DNA of 64,000 bases from Amphiscolops sp. MND2022 (lineage: Eukaryota): assembly GCA_964187785.1 (NCBI GenBank), contig OZ076409.1:53446001-53510000 (forward strand), read 5' to 3'. Made by a program: the position numbers and the translations under genes. Numbering within the stretch: the first letter of the stretch is position 1; every line of letters begins with the position of its first letter. Under the pieces are notes generated by a model, which was not told where the DNA came from, did not search any database, and was given only the letters and a program-made list of their open reading frames with translations. Shown piece by piece: positions 26,226-39,899 of this stretch.

Positions 26226-27808
26226 GTCATGCCTGATCTATGAAAATACAAACAATGATGTGGATAACCATCCTACATACCAATGACGAAAAGTAAACCG
26301 ACAAACAGCGAACGAATATTAACGAAGAAAAAGGATGTGAAGAACCAAACCACATCATAAAACTTGAACTCCAATTTGCCAAACGCATCATTTTTATTCA
26401 ATTCCCAAATAACCTTGTTCTATTCACTCATATTTCATACGTTTGCTACATATACCCTGTAAACCAAATTCGCGACATTCTAGTTGGCTGTGAAAGTAAT
26501 ATGGATGATACACCATCATTAGGTTTTCGCTTCAAAATTATTAGTCCTGTGATCAGTATATATAGTAACCATTTACTCATATGATGCTAGTAGTGTAACC
26601 ACATCATAATACCAAGTTTTGAGTCATGTAACCTTAGCAACGCAATTGCATTTTATTCCTGTGCTATAACTAAACCAAACCGAAATTGCGCAATTACTAA
26701 CCAAGGTGTGAATGGACGCAGTGATATGATTGGTTGATGTAGTCACGTGACAAACGTCGCCATAATTGACAACAGACAATATAGTACAACCAGTAGATTT
26801 TGAAAAGTTACAACGTGCAGTTGCTTACCACATTAGTATCTTGATATCACAAATTTCGACAATTTCAACTTATTACTTTCAATAAACAATAAGTCCTTAA
26901 ACTACTACGTTTTCTTTTATAGTTAACACTAGATCTAGAACAGGTAGAAATACTTATTCGGATATGTATGGGACAGACAGGTACAGCGATGCTGAAAGCG
27001 AAAGTAGTATTCCCGGGCCTGAAGTTCTCACGAAAGAACAAATGAATGAGTTCGACAACGGGAATATATTGGACTACAGAAGTGAATCAGAACGCCATAC
27101 GGTACACCAACGGTTCAACGAAATGATCAAGCAGATTAGCGAGCTAACAAATCTAGTTCTCGCATTAACTGAAAAAATATCCTCCAGCGATAAGATATCC
27201 TCTAGCAATAGAGAAGGGAACGACCTTAACACGTCTCACTTGGACATGAGACCCGTTCAGACATGGTGACAGGAGCCCCAACAGCCACCCATCTGACGAA
27301 CCCGAACCCAACACACCAATCCACCTCGCGATACCCTCAGCCACCCGCCAACCAGTTCGATGACATCGTCAACGAAATTCACCACCTGAGGGACACGATG
27401 ACGGATACAGTGCAACATCCCAAAATCTTGCACACACAAGTCCCGCTTTTCTGAGGAAACCGGGAAATATATAATGAAATTGAGCACTTGCTGCTTAACC
27501 AGCTCAGACCGCACCAACACAAATTATCAGAAGAGCAGAAACTGACATATTTCCAGAGCCTGCTGCGAGATGACGCCATTGAATTTTGGCAATCGCTGAA
27601 GATAACAAACCAGACGACACTAGCGCAAGTCTTGCGTTACTTCAAGAATGAATACGCAAAAGAAGATTTGAAAGAAGTGGCCAAATACAAGTTTGACCAG
27701 ATGCGCTACGACCCTTCAGCTGAGACCTTTAATGACTTCCTCAACAAGTTCGAAAAGGTAGCGAAACAAGCATTTGGGGACAAGTCCAGTGACATAACAG
27801 ACATCATT
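26226..27808 (+). mobile_element. 3'-truncated Gypsy-like LTR element (putative LTR ~26226-27263, PBS, gag remnant)
   Basis: TGTCAT start interrupts a host repeat; ..CAGACA|TGGTGACAGGAG resembles an LTR end plus tRNA-Leu PBS (TGGTGTCAGGAG); gag motifs QVPLF.GN, KLTYFQSLLRDDAIEFWQ, KYKFDQMRYDPSAETFNDFL. Only one LTR is present, so its boundaries are inferred. Confidence 0.7.
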
Positions 27809-28789
27809 GTCCCAATTTTGGACACTTTCCGAGTGTTTCCGTTAGTTAAAAAGTCCAAAGGCTCTGAATTGAAACGCGTAGCTACCGCAAGTGTTTCAAA
27901 AAAAGGTTCGGACAAATTTATTTGCAGGATTTTTTGACAAATTTTTTCTCAAAAACGTAAACAAAACACTTCAATCTCATTTGTCAAGTTTTTTTAGCAA
28001 TAGGCTTCAAGCTAAATCGCTAGTTCTAGCTGATTTCGACTTGAGAAAAAGTAAAAAGACGCAGGTTCTATGGAAATTTCCCAAAAGTAAGTTTAAAAAA
28101 GACTTTGTTTGTTTCCAGTTGGGTAAATAGTGGTTTCTGAGTCTCAGGTGTGTTTCATTGGATGTTTTTCAGATTTCTGAATTGGATAAAAGTTTGAAAT
28201 GAATTGGTCTCGTTTGTAAAGTCAAGAAACATGGGCAGGCCGCCGACTTGGTCCAGCTTACATTTTTGCACAAATTGTCACTGAAATGTCAAAAAAAAAT
28301 TTTCGCTCTTTCCCACAATCATTAAGAAAACTCAACAGTTCCTCAGGACCAAAACACAACAAATTGGGAATCATATTTCCTCTACAAAAAACTCGAAAAC
28401 CTAAAAATTGCAAAAAACATATTGCTCTCGTAAAACTTTTTCAAAAACTTCATAACTCTGTCAGTCGCACTGAGCCAAAAAACGACCAGTGACCAGCTAT
28501 GCTTGCAAAACTCTGTTGTTTCTACGGAAAATTGAGGGAGAAGGGAATTTTTGTTTGTAAATAAAATCTGCAAAAAGTCGCATAGTGCCGAAAACTCGAA
28601 AGGGGGCACTTTGGTCTCCCCCATTTTTGCGAACTATTAAAAACTTCGGTCCAATGCGAGACTCGAACCTACGTACACCTGCTTCTCATTCCGCGTTAAC
28701 CACTAGGTCAAGTGGCAGTGAGAAGTTACTAGAAAAGTTGAAGAACTTTTGGAAGAATTTTTCCGACAGATCAGGTGTATCGGAACAAA

Positions 28790-29518
28790 AGTTACGAAAA
28801 GCCATGAGTCATGCTTTTTTTGGTTCTTGCCATTTTTTGATACGACCTAAACTTTGAATAGTAGAAACGTTTTCAGATTCCAACTCTAAAATTATGGCGG
28901 GCAATTCTTCGAAAAGTCTCTCAATTTTGGTAAGAGCGCCTGGAACTGTGGGATCGCTAGCGGCAGCAAAAGCTTTTGTCACAAGAACACCCTCTCGTTC
29001 AAATCCGAAGATAATTTTTCTGACCAAATCCCAATTTTTTGAATACCACAATACCGCATTTACCCAAGTGCCCCATCGGTCGAAAATGATCAGCTGTCAA
29101 CATTGCAGATAAATTTCCTGAAGATGACCCGGCACCTGCGCTCAAACGTTGTTTGTGTTGCTGACTTGACCGGTGATGTTCATAGTTGAAGGCTTTTTCA
29201 CAACCAACTTCTTTTTCGCATAACTTGCACAATAGAATGCCTCCGGGAATAGTTCTGAACTCGCTAGATTTCTCAGCTGCGTCCCGAGCTTTGTTGGCGG
29301 CAGATTTGGGTGTTTTTGGCATTGTAAACTGTAATAACTTTCAAAATGTCTGAAATATGACCGTATTTTCATAAGCAAGCAAAATATGACCTATCAATAA
29401 CTTTATGCTGAGTGCAAAACACGCGCGCAATCTGCGTGGTGGTTTATTTGAACAGCAAACAATGAATAAGACCTATAGGAACAATATGACAAACATGAAA
29501 TTGATCCGCCCTAGCCCT
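28790..29518 (-). pseudogene. Internally deleted hAT/CGGBP1-like transposase remnant (BED-type zinc finger)
   Basis: MPK..LLCKLCEKEVGCEKAFNYEHHRSSQQHK joined to a C-terminal-like block LPAIILELESENVS; repeated AATATGAC motifs upstream. Confidence 0.6.
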
Positions 29519-30111
29519 GACTATAGTCGCTTTTTTCTAAAGAAAGGTGCCAACTAAAAATTTGGCATGTTAGGTACTGGTATCCGCATTGTTCAAAATC
29601 AAAACAATCAGGTACTTAGCGTGTTTGTAAATTAGGTGTTTTGTTTTAAAATGGGCTAAGATGAGTCAAAACTTCTTTGCACTTTCATAGTGCATTGGCT
29701 ACTTTTGAGCCTCAATTTCTTGTCGTTTGGGACGGAAATAATCTCGTTTGTCACAACACTCGCGTCTTGTATCTAAAAGTCATTACAAAAGCGAAAAGAT
29801 TAAAAACTGTCACCTAATGCTTGGTGTTGCATGGGACTAAGAGACCGTGACAGTCAGACTCTGGCTTTCAAAATTGAGGGACAACTATTTGCATGCAAGA
29901 AGGAATTTGCTGGGGATGAAATTTTCGTTCTCAAAAAAAAAACAAAAAGTGAAAAAAAAATCAGCACGAGTATAACGTATATAATGATCAAACTAATGAC
30001 TGCTAGTGAAAACTACAAAGCAGCATAAATACTGGAAAAGAATGTTTCGAATGCTTTTGTTAATTGTTCCTCCCCTTTCAACTATTTGAAACCTACGACT
30101 GGAACAGCGAA

Positions 30112-33100
30112 TGTAACGGCAAGCGCTAAGCGTTTGTGACCTGACAAAAGAGTGACGGAACTGGTATCATGGATATGGTCCAGGACAAACCACCATGACA
30201 TCAGCTCATTTCAGCCTCCTAAGGGTTGTCAGTCCCGAGGACAGGGAACCGTCTTGAAGGTTGCTCTCCTGTCTGTTCCAGTCTGTAACTACTGAGAATA
30301 ACGGGCATTATGCTTTTTCTCTTCACAACCACCGTTTAGACAGCCTTTGAAAACAATGATAAGGATAAACAGTGTAAATTTCCAATTCCAGTGTAAAATT
30401 CCAGGGTGACATACGATTGAGGTCTAAAATGGGAAATATTATCTAAACCGCCAAAACTAACGCTCGAGCTAGCTAAAACCAGTGAAAATACATGAAAACA
30501 GGCACGAAAATGGCAAACCACACAGCTACAAGTTGGGGCGCAGGGACTCCAAGCACCAAACAAGGATAATTAAGCGAAAAGACTCATTTTCCCGCTTCTT
30601 GCTACATTGTGTAGCATAATACTGAAAATCGGTAAAAACCGGGGTTAGCACCTCAAAAAAGTCTTTTTAATGATTTCTCTAGTTCTCTAAGCGCTCAAGC
30701 TTCTTCAAATTCCGTGTTCCTGCTCGGTCGTCTTCACGGGCGACTTGCCTTGTCTTCTGAACTGCTTTTTGACAGGTACTTTGGCCGAAACATGCTCAAT
30801 TTGCCATGTGCGATTCGAACTAATTTTCGGTCGAGTCTTTTTTTATCTCGTTGTACCAAAGGGTCCCGTTTTATCACTCCCCGGTCCTTAGGCATGACTT
30901 CCCTCTCATGCGGAGAAGCTGGAAACGAAAGAAACCAAAAATTGCCGTTACCAAACATTTTAATTCAACTTGAATAAAACTAGAAACAAAAATGTCGCAA
31001 CGTACGTTTACATTTTTTTTTAGAATTTAGAAGATTTTAGAAATAAAGCTGCAAAAACGACAACTCGAAAAAGAACGTTGCGAGGTGTCCAATACCAAAC
31101 GTAGCGATATCCTCTGGGCGTTGTCCAATAGAGTTGTGGAATGAAGGGGTGTTATTATCCTCCACTGGGGCTCTCGGGGCCTTACCTGACTCCCCGGGCC
31201 TTAGTTGTTGAGCATCCTCCTTGATATGATGATAGCAGGACAGAAGATAATGCCCAACACGCAAAATTCAGAAAGATATATTGGGTCTTGGACACGATCT
31301 GGGACAGTTATTCGGAGGCGGCCAGGCCTATGTCCTTTCGGTCGGTGTGAACATGGTAGTAGAAGGGTTTCCATGGCTGACAGTGGTGGACGACCGCGAC
31401 GACGTCCATCATAAAAGGAAAGCAGCGCTTTTTGCGATGAGTGTCACCAGAAGTGCGCGGTGGTCGACCAGGTCTATGTCCAGCTGGTCGAGTTTTAGCT
31501 GAACCACCAGGCAACCAAGTGATGAATATTGGTGGCTCTGCTAAAATAAAATCCTGCATACCATGTTTAGCAGAACGTGGCCCTATAGATTTTTTCAACA
31601 AATCCGGCAGCAACTTCGAAATTGATAATGGGGACTATGTTCTCGGGAAGTGAGTGTTGCAAACTGACTCCATTGGTGTTGCCCTGGAGCAACCCATAGT
31701 CAGCGGTTTGATAAAAGAGTGACGTATCAGCAGTAACCATGGTTAGAGTGTCCAAAATTGTTTCCTTTATAGGCGATGTCAGTGGTTCTACTTGGGCGTC
31801 GTTTGGAATATTGATAGTAGCACTTTCGAAGTGTACTGCTGCACTTATCGACTTCAATTGCGCTAGCGCTCAAGGTAGCAATTGCTCTCTGCGTAGATCG
31901 CTTTGTGTCAACAAGACTGATATCTCATCCATCTGCTGCTCTAGGGTCTCCAGCTTTTGATTCTGTGCCTGATAAGTCTGAATACTGGTTTCAAAGAGAG
32001 AAGACACTCTAGACAACGTTACTGAACTAGGACTGCAAGCCTTTTGATCCTCTCTGGCTCGATAACGGGCGAGTTACCTGGCATCGAGTCTAAAAAGTCA
32101 GATACAACATTGACACTGTTACCCAAAGGCCAGTCTTCCACATTCAGATCCTCTAATTTCGTTGACCAGTCATGTTCATCAACCATTTGGTTTTCAATTT
32201 CTGCTTTCAAAACTGGTTCAATAATTAATTGAGCTGCCTTGACACCCTCACCCCTTGAAAAAGGAGCTGAGGCGGTCTTAGAACTTCGTCAAATTCATTT
32301 CAGCTTCAGGTAGGTTCAAACTGCTTCACTAGAATTTTTTTGTACCCAAAATTAGTCTCACAGTCAAGATGAGTTCTAGTGGTCACAACGTGCTGAAAGT
32401 TGCTCCATTTATTCCACCCTATGCGTCGGGCTGTAAAATTGTGCGCTCGAGCACAATGCTACTGTAGTGTTGGACAATTCACACAAACAAACTGGTCAAA
32501 CTTTTGTCGTTAGGAGGTGACTCCTCTCAAAATTTCGTAACATTGGGTAAACCGGATCTCTCATGGTCGTTTCTGGATATTCAAAACCCTGTTTGGGCGC
32601 ACAACGTAACGCCTAGAGGTGTTCTTTTCAAAAAGAGTTCAATCCGAAGTGCGTCGGAGATTGAGACTTTATCAGAATCAAACTCCAAAGTACCAGTGGA
32701 GTTAAAAATTATGACAACAGACGGCAATTTTTGCGACCTGTAGGGTTTGCCTGGTTTGCACCCAGGAAGGCCTACCAGGTCCCTTCGGTTAAAAAATACG
32801 AGACTTTGGTCTCTGTCTTCCGTACAACGAAAGTTTTAAGGTTTTATGTTTTTGTTTTTCTGACGGTGTTTCAGGAGTTTGGCCCAAATGCGTGTCTGAG
32901 TACAGTCAAATTCAGTTCTATCTACCATACCGGGCAAAAAACTACGCAACACGTTTTGTCAGTCACTCAGTCTTCAATACAGGCCTCATGAAGCTGATAA
33001 ATAACTCCAGCTACAAGCTAGACGCCGTTTCACCGATTTTTTGAATCTTCAAACATTTTGGAAAAACACTCAAGTTGCACCTAAGAACACTGGAAACGTA

Positions 33101-36100
33101 AAATTGTGCTCACAACTAGCCACGCGATTCCACGTGTAGCCACATACACTGCAAAAGGCACCAGTTGGAGTTGAGACTATTGAATGAAATCCAGATACGG
33201 TACAAGAGTTCCGTATCACCGTGTCTCAACTGACACGATTTTTCACATGCAGTCAAAAACTCTCGTCCACAGAACTGAGCTCTCAAAGTCACTTTTCCAA
33301 CAACGGTGCACCACAAGACACTGAAAACAATAGTGCAAACCAATATAGTCCCAACTTTGCGCCAATAAGGTGCGCCGATAATTCCCAAAAATGGTCGATT
33401 CGTTACAATACACAGGATATCAAGACAGTAAGTAACAAAATGCTATTTGTCAGCAAAGCAGCACACTCGAGACTGGCCACAATTCGCACGTACAGCAACG
33501 AATTCACGAACAGCCGTTCACACGAGGGGTTTTCCACAAGTTTCAAACACGTAAAGCTGGGTTTTCCCGCTTTCCGAGTTTTCGTCTGGGTGAAAGCTGA
33601 AGTCAGAATCACGATATGCACGTCTCGAAAGGGTCGAAATTACTTCTAGCTCGTAGCGAGCTTTGATTTACTCAAGCAGTTGGTATTCCCACAAGCTCAG
33701 AAAATGAGTTTGGTTCAGAGCTACAAGTTCTATTAGACAAGCACGAGGCGTTCACAACAAATTATGAAAAAAAAACATTTTCTCGAAAAGTACAAAAAAA
33801 AACAAAAGTGGCTCGTAGTCATCACTGAAAAATCGGATCCGGCACAAAATTGGCCCAAGGATCTTGCTTTTACGTAGGTACACGGAACTGAGCACCTGTT
33901 GGGGCTCTGAATCCTGTACATTGTTTCACATTGATACAGACGTGTGGAACACCTATGTATCAGTAGGAGCCAAATTGCACACTCATCATACAAATTTCAA
34001 GCTCCGGTATGAGTTAGCGGTCTGATTGTTTCGCTAACAGTGCGCCAACTAGCACAAGATACGTCAGTTGGCTGCAATTTGTCCTCACTTATCGGCTAAG
34101 GTGTTAAGGCACTTCCAAATGTTTGCCATTTCGCACCTCTTTTTGTGCAGTACGTTTTTGACAATTTTTCGACAAACTTTGCATCGATCGGCACGAATCT
34201 TGGTAGGCCTTGCCAGTGAGCACTCACAATGCTGTTTCAACGGTCCTATGGAAGCCCCAGAGTTTTCCTAGGATTCCGACTGTAATTTGTTTACAGATAC
34301 GTATATTTACAGACACTATCTTGGCAAAAGCAGTCTTTTTTGACACTTTTTTCACAAATTGGCTGAAAGGGTCGACACTACAATTGTTACGGAGGGCAAA
34401 ATAGGCTCAACGTGTTGCATCACTGGTCACAGCTCACAGCACTGCCGCAAGCCCTCGATTAGCCGTGCCTGTTATGTATAAGGCACTGTCGGTCTTACAG
34501 TTTTAGTTTTTTTGGCTCTTTTAGCACTGGCTATTTTCTGATGTGAAAAGGTCAGAGAGCTTTTCTCAACTTTGGTTAGCGCTAGGCTCATCAAATTTTT
34601 GGCACTGATGTTTATTTTAATGATGAATACGAAAATGCAACCACTTTTTAGTTAGGGTTTGGGAATCAATGACCCAATCCTAACTATAAGACAGTCCGGT
34701 TTTGTGGAAATTTGATCAAATTCAGAGCAAATTTCCATATTTCTCAAATTTCTCAGCACTGATGGGATTTTTTACATGCAGTTTCTACATCAAGTTGTAA
34801 TGATGCACTCTGGCATTCCTGAATCTGGCTAAAAATCAAGGTTTTTCGACCTGTTATCCCTACGATACGTTACAAACGCTTCTAAATCCTATCTTTGGTA
34901 CTATGGAGTCTGTCCCAAACTAATAGCAGCATGGGAGAAGTAATTACATCACAATCCAGCACTCTCCTTGTACCTTTTCATGGTGGTTTTCTGCTAAATT
35001 CCAAAAAAATTGTGTTTTTTCATACCAAATCCGTCTCAAAAAGGACTTCGAAAAAGCCAAAAAGGACGTATTGCTAGCGAGAGAGAAACCGTTTGGACCA
35101 TAGGCAACGTCCGCTCATGTTCTACCTTTCAATCAAATCCCATCTGTTTATGACGTCTGTAGCAGAAATGGGGAAAAGAAAGTCGGGAACACTCGATTCA
35201 GCTCATCTATCGGTAGGATGGAGTATGGCGCAACCATCAACTGAATACCTCGTACATGGCCAAAAACGCTCAAAAAAGCTGCAAAACACCTGTTACGACA
35301 TGTGTAATGGCTTTCTAGTGATTCGCTAAGCCATTACAAAGGTACCCGATGATTGGAACGTGCAATTTTAGACCTCACCTGTCAACAAAGAACTTACTAC
35401 AGGTACTTGGAAAAATCCCCCGAAATACAGAAAAAATACCAGCAAACAGTATCATATCATCTAAGAAAAAGAAAAACTCTGGGTAAACATCTCCTGTCAG
35501 AGCCAAATCGTTTTTGGCGTCAAACACCAGAGGGCGGGAAACTTTAAAACGTTGAATTAGCTTCCCAAGACGATCCCTCTGTGGTCGCCAAAAAATGAGG
35601 TTCTATGTAACGGCAAGTGCTAAGCGTTTGTGACGTGACATTAGAGTTGAGGAACTGGTACCATGTATATGGTCCGGGACAAACCACCATGACATCAGCT
35701 CATTTTAGCCTCCTAAGGTTTGCCGGTCTCGAACCACTTTAAAGGATGCTCTTCGGTCAATCCAGTCTGTAACTGCTGAGAATAACGGGCATTATGCTTT
35801 TTCTCTTCACAACCACCGTTTACACAGCCTTTAGAAATAAAGATAAGGATAAACAATTTAAATTTCCAATTCCAGGGTGACATGGGAATAAGGTCTAAAA
35901 AGGGGAATAGTATCTAAACTGCCAAAACTAGCGCTCGAGGTAGCTAAAACCAGCGAAAATACATGAAAACAGGCACGAATATCGCAAACCACACAGCTAC
36001 AAGCTGGGGGGGCAGGGACTCCAAGCACCAAACAAGGATAATTAAGCGAAAAGACTCATTTTCCCGCTTCTTGCTACATTGGGTAGCATAATTCTGAAAA

Positions 36101-36346
36101 TCGGTAAAAACCGGGATTAGCACCTCAAAAAGAGTCCTTTTTATGACTTGTCAGTTCTCTAAGCGCTCAGACTTCTTCACACTCCGTGTTCCCGCTCGGT
36201 CGTCTTCGCGGGCGTCTTGACTCGTCTTCTGAACTGCTTTTTGACAAGTACTTTGGTCAAATCATGCTCAATTTGCCACGTCAGATTTGAACGAATTTTT
36301 GGTCGATTTTTTTTGAAATCTCGTTGTACCACAGGGTCCCGTTACA
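30112..36346 (-). mobile_element. Non-autonomous LTR element of the 3-bp-TSD (Troyka-like) group
   Basis: Diverged LTRs 30112-30873 and 35606-36346 (TGTAACG..CGTTACA); TSD GAA (30109-30111, 36347-36349); PBS TGGCGACCACAGAGGGATC (tRNA-Arg-like) 15 nt from the LTR; no RT or integrase recognised; decayed unknown ORF at ~31040-32250. Confidence 0.88.
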
Positions 36347-36910
36347 GAAGTTCTACGTTTGCCCTAAGTTGCTTTTAAAACGGTATACAGAGAGGAAGTT
36401 TAGGAAATATAACTACATGCGTTTTGCAATTAATGCATACCACTAATCATGATAGCAAAACCAGTTTCCATTTAAAAGTTACGTATCCGGGAATAAAAAA
36501 TTGAGAGCCAGGTTGTTTTTAAAACGCCTAGAGACTATGCTTTCCTTTCTACCGAGAAGATTTAGAACTGGTAACGAGGTTAAAGGTTACCATTCTTATA
36601 CCTTCTAAACCTGAGCATCAAGATTTAACGGAGGTACCAGATACTATAATTTTCGGTTGCTCTTTTAATCTCTTATTCATGTATTCATGGTCATTGTGTG
36701 TGTTTTGCCAGCGCTTTCTGAACGATATATATTCTACGTGCAATGTTTACAGCTCTCAAATCGAGCCAGCACTGAAAAATATAAGAACGCACGCGCAGTA
36801 AAATCGGACCGCGTACCAAGAAAATGGTGATATATATTTTTGAACAAAAAAAACATATTTTGATTTGTAGTTTCGTCGAAAATTGTTATTTTTGTATTTG
36901 AATGTTGACA

Positions 36911-39899
36911 ATGTGTACTTCCACAACTGAGACAGGAATGCCGATTGGACTCTACGCCAAGTATTACTCAGAAGTACCTCAAATTACGAGGAAGAAGGCT
37001 GTTCCAGGCCGAAGAGAGTAAGTACCCGGGTTCGATTCCCACTAAGGAATCGTTGTTCTTTTAGTTACTGGCTATTGATGCGCGTTGATAATCAGTAGCT
37101 TTTAAAATTTAGCAATTTTATGCATTTTTCTGAAATCAGAGAAATTTTACAATATTTATGTTTGAAACAGTTCATTTTGAAAACTGATTGATGGATATAA
37201 ACTAAAAATCCTTGACCAAAAAAGCGATTGTCTCTTTCTCTATTGTTTCGCATTGGCTAGTACTTACTCACATCAAGAACACATCTTTTTGTGAGTCGAG
37301 TAGTTCTATTGAAGGTGGGAGGTAAATCTCAGTCTTGTATTGACAAGTGTTCGTCTTTGTTTAATGAAAGTTGCACCGCAAGAATCCCCAACACAAAGAG
37401 AACGAAATGTTGTCAAGTGTCTAAAACCGAATTGTACTTTTAGCGCACCTTTCATTATCTTTTGATCTTTGAACTCATAACATGTTTTATAACTAGATGT
37501 ACTTTACATGTAGTTCAAGTTCTTTTGTTACTCCTGAAAATGCTTGTTTCATTTTTATGACCACTTCTTGAGAAGTAATACATCAGTTTGAAGGTAAAAC
37601 TTCTCATCAATCTTGCTTCTTTGATAACCTCAATGTTTTGTGCGGAAGCTTTCCGAGTAGAAAATGGTAATTTACAGTCATTGCAATTACTTCCTTTGAT
37701 TCGTATTTTATAAAATCACAAAAAAAATTGAGGGGGGGGGTCAAAAATGAGCTTAATGTTGAATCACTTCATAACGAAGCCATCAAGCTTCATGTAATTC
37801 ACGTTTCCAAATAGCCTAAAATTTGTACCATCTTTGGCAAAATTAAAAAGATTCAAGTTAAGTTCAAACATGTTTTTAAGTTTTGACATAATTCAACAGT
37901 TTCAATGTTTTTGTCAGTATGTAAATATCATCATATTATTGTGAACTTGAAGATTTAATCAGAGCGTTAAATATGTTTAAACAATGTTACAAAACATTTT
38001 ATTCAAACATCCGGCATTGGAAGCTACACCAAACTCATCGTGAGCGTTGAACTTCAGGGTTGACAGCTACCGAGTGTTGATGGAACCCGACATCACTAAA
38101 ACCCCGGCCGCCCACAGGAAGGAAAAGTTTCCCCACAATTACGACACAAAACCAAATAAATCGGAACTTCCCTTCATCGAACCCACCCAGCCTTACCCCG
38201 GCCTCACTTTTGACAACTTCTTGAACAACCCACAGCCTCGAAAAGTTGATTTTCTTCGACAAAATTATCGTTTTCTGAACGAACCTGTTGCAAAAGTTAC
38301 GTGTGAGAAGTATAAAAATGAGGAGTCACAATGGTGGAAGTGGGATAGGGTTCAGAGTCACCCTGGTAAAGGGGCGTATACTTTGGATTCAACCTTCCGC
38401 GACACGTATAAGCCGGTGGATAGGATATCTGCGCCCGCGGGGAGACATACTAGTAACCCTGGCGTTGATGCAGCTGTTGGAATTGGTAAGTGCATGTAAA
38501 CTTTTTCTCAAGTCATTTTAAAGAACCCCTAGTTGCAACAAAGTTAGCAGATTGTTCGCCCGAGATACTGGATTTCAGAGCATTATTCTATCAAGATCGT
38601 GGTAATTTCTGCTTGATCTTGAAAGATGTCAAGTTTTGTCTGATCTTATAGAAATCTTGCTAATTTTCAACTGGTCTTGCAAGATAACGGTATTTACAGC
38701 TCTGAATTTGAGCAAGAAAAAGTCTGCATTTGAGCGTTGATGACAAATATCATCTGATTGGCTAGAGCCGAGAGTGGAATCCCCGACAAGCGAGTTTTTC
38801 ATTTCAATATTGCTTTGCATTGAGTAAAGAAACTTTTTTCTGCATCTTACTTTTCAAGTTTCATATTTGGAACAACATCCGATTTTCGTGATTCACGATC
38901 ATAAACAGGCTAATGGGGATGAAAACTGGCTTATAGAAAACTAAAAATTAGTTCCTACTTTGCTTCGTGTTAAAAATCTAGAATGTTTTCAGTTCCTGTG
39001 ACGGATTTGAGACCGAAGGGGCCTATTTTGTTGAAAGAAAAACAGTCTTTTCAACACATTTATGACTCACGAATACCCAAAAATTACCCGGACATCGGCA
39101 AGGTGGGTTCACATTATAGTGCATTTCTTCAGCCACTTTTACTTGTAGGGTTATTAAAGTCACTGGTATTTTTAATTCTAATGGTTTAACTTGATTTTGT
39201 TATAAACAAAATAACCCGTTAATAATTATTCTGTCAAACTCCTAAAACTATAATTTTTGTCCCGATTAAAAAACTTTCGCATTAGCCTCAAAAATTGAAC
39301 TAGGTAATAATTTTGGGCGAAAGACCAATTCACAAATCAGAGTGTTTCGTACTTTTCGTTGATATAGGACATTACAGTTAAATGATTTACCATAGTCCAC
39401 CTCTGCAGAGACCACTATGTCCTCATCATGAGTATTTCCTAATTTAATAACTCAATAACTCAACTCACGTTATTTTCTTTACAACCGTGTTAAAATAATT
39501 ACCTAGCCAATGTTGCTATTGGAAACAAAAAACAGTACTTTAACACATATGGGTTACCATATGGACACAGTTTTGCTTTTAGCGTCGTATAATGTAATTT
39601 CAACTTGGTAGCAAAGTTTTAGCATATATTGAAGACTGCTCGTTTTGTTTCAAACCGCCAAAATGCAAACTAAAAGTTTTTACTCTAATAATTGAACTTT
39701 ATAGTATACTGGATTTAGATTCCAACTTTCAATTATCAGTTTTTCCATGGTCTTCAAATGAATTCCCTTTTTTCAGAGACAAGGTGCCTTTGTGTGGCAG
39801 TGCACGGCTCCTCTTCCATCACCATATAAGGAAGAATATATGAAGATGGTGCCTTCAGCTGGGTTACCTGGGGCAAAGCCAGACCAAACCACTGATTGA
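36911..39899 (+). CDS. C2orf73/CIMIP6-like ciliary microtubule inner protein, ~255 aa, 4 exons
   Basis: Exons 36911-37017, 38058-38485, 38993-39102, 39777-39899; all GT-AG, phases agree, total 768 nt. Motifs NYRFLNEPV, QWW, DSTFRDTY, GIVP, KQSFQHIYDSR, GKRQGAFVW recall the C2orf73 family (from memory, not searched). Confidence 0.78.

Noticed and set aside
28648..28710. tRNA gene
   Set aside because: A- and B-box-like motifs only; no cloverleaf or acceptor stem found
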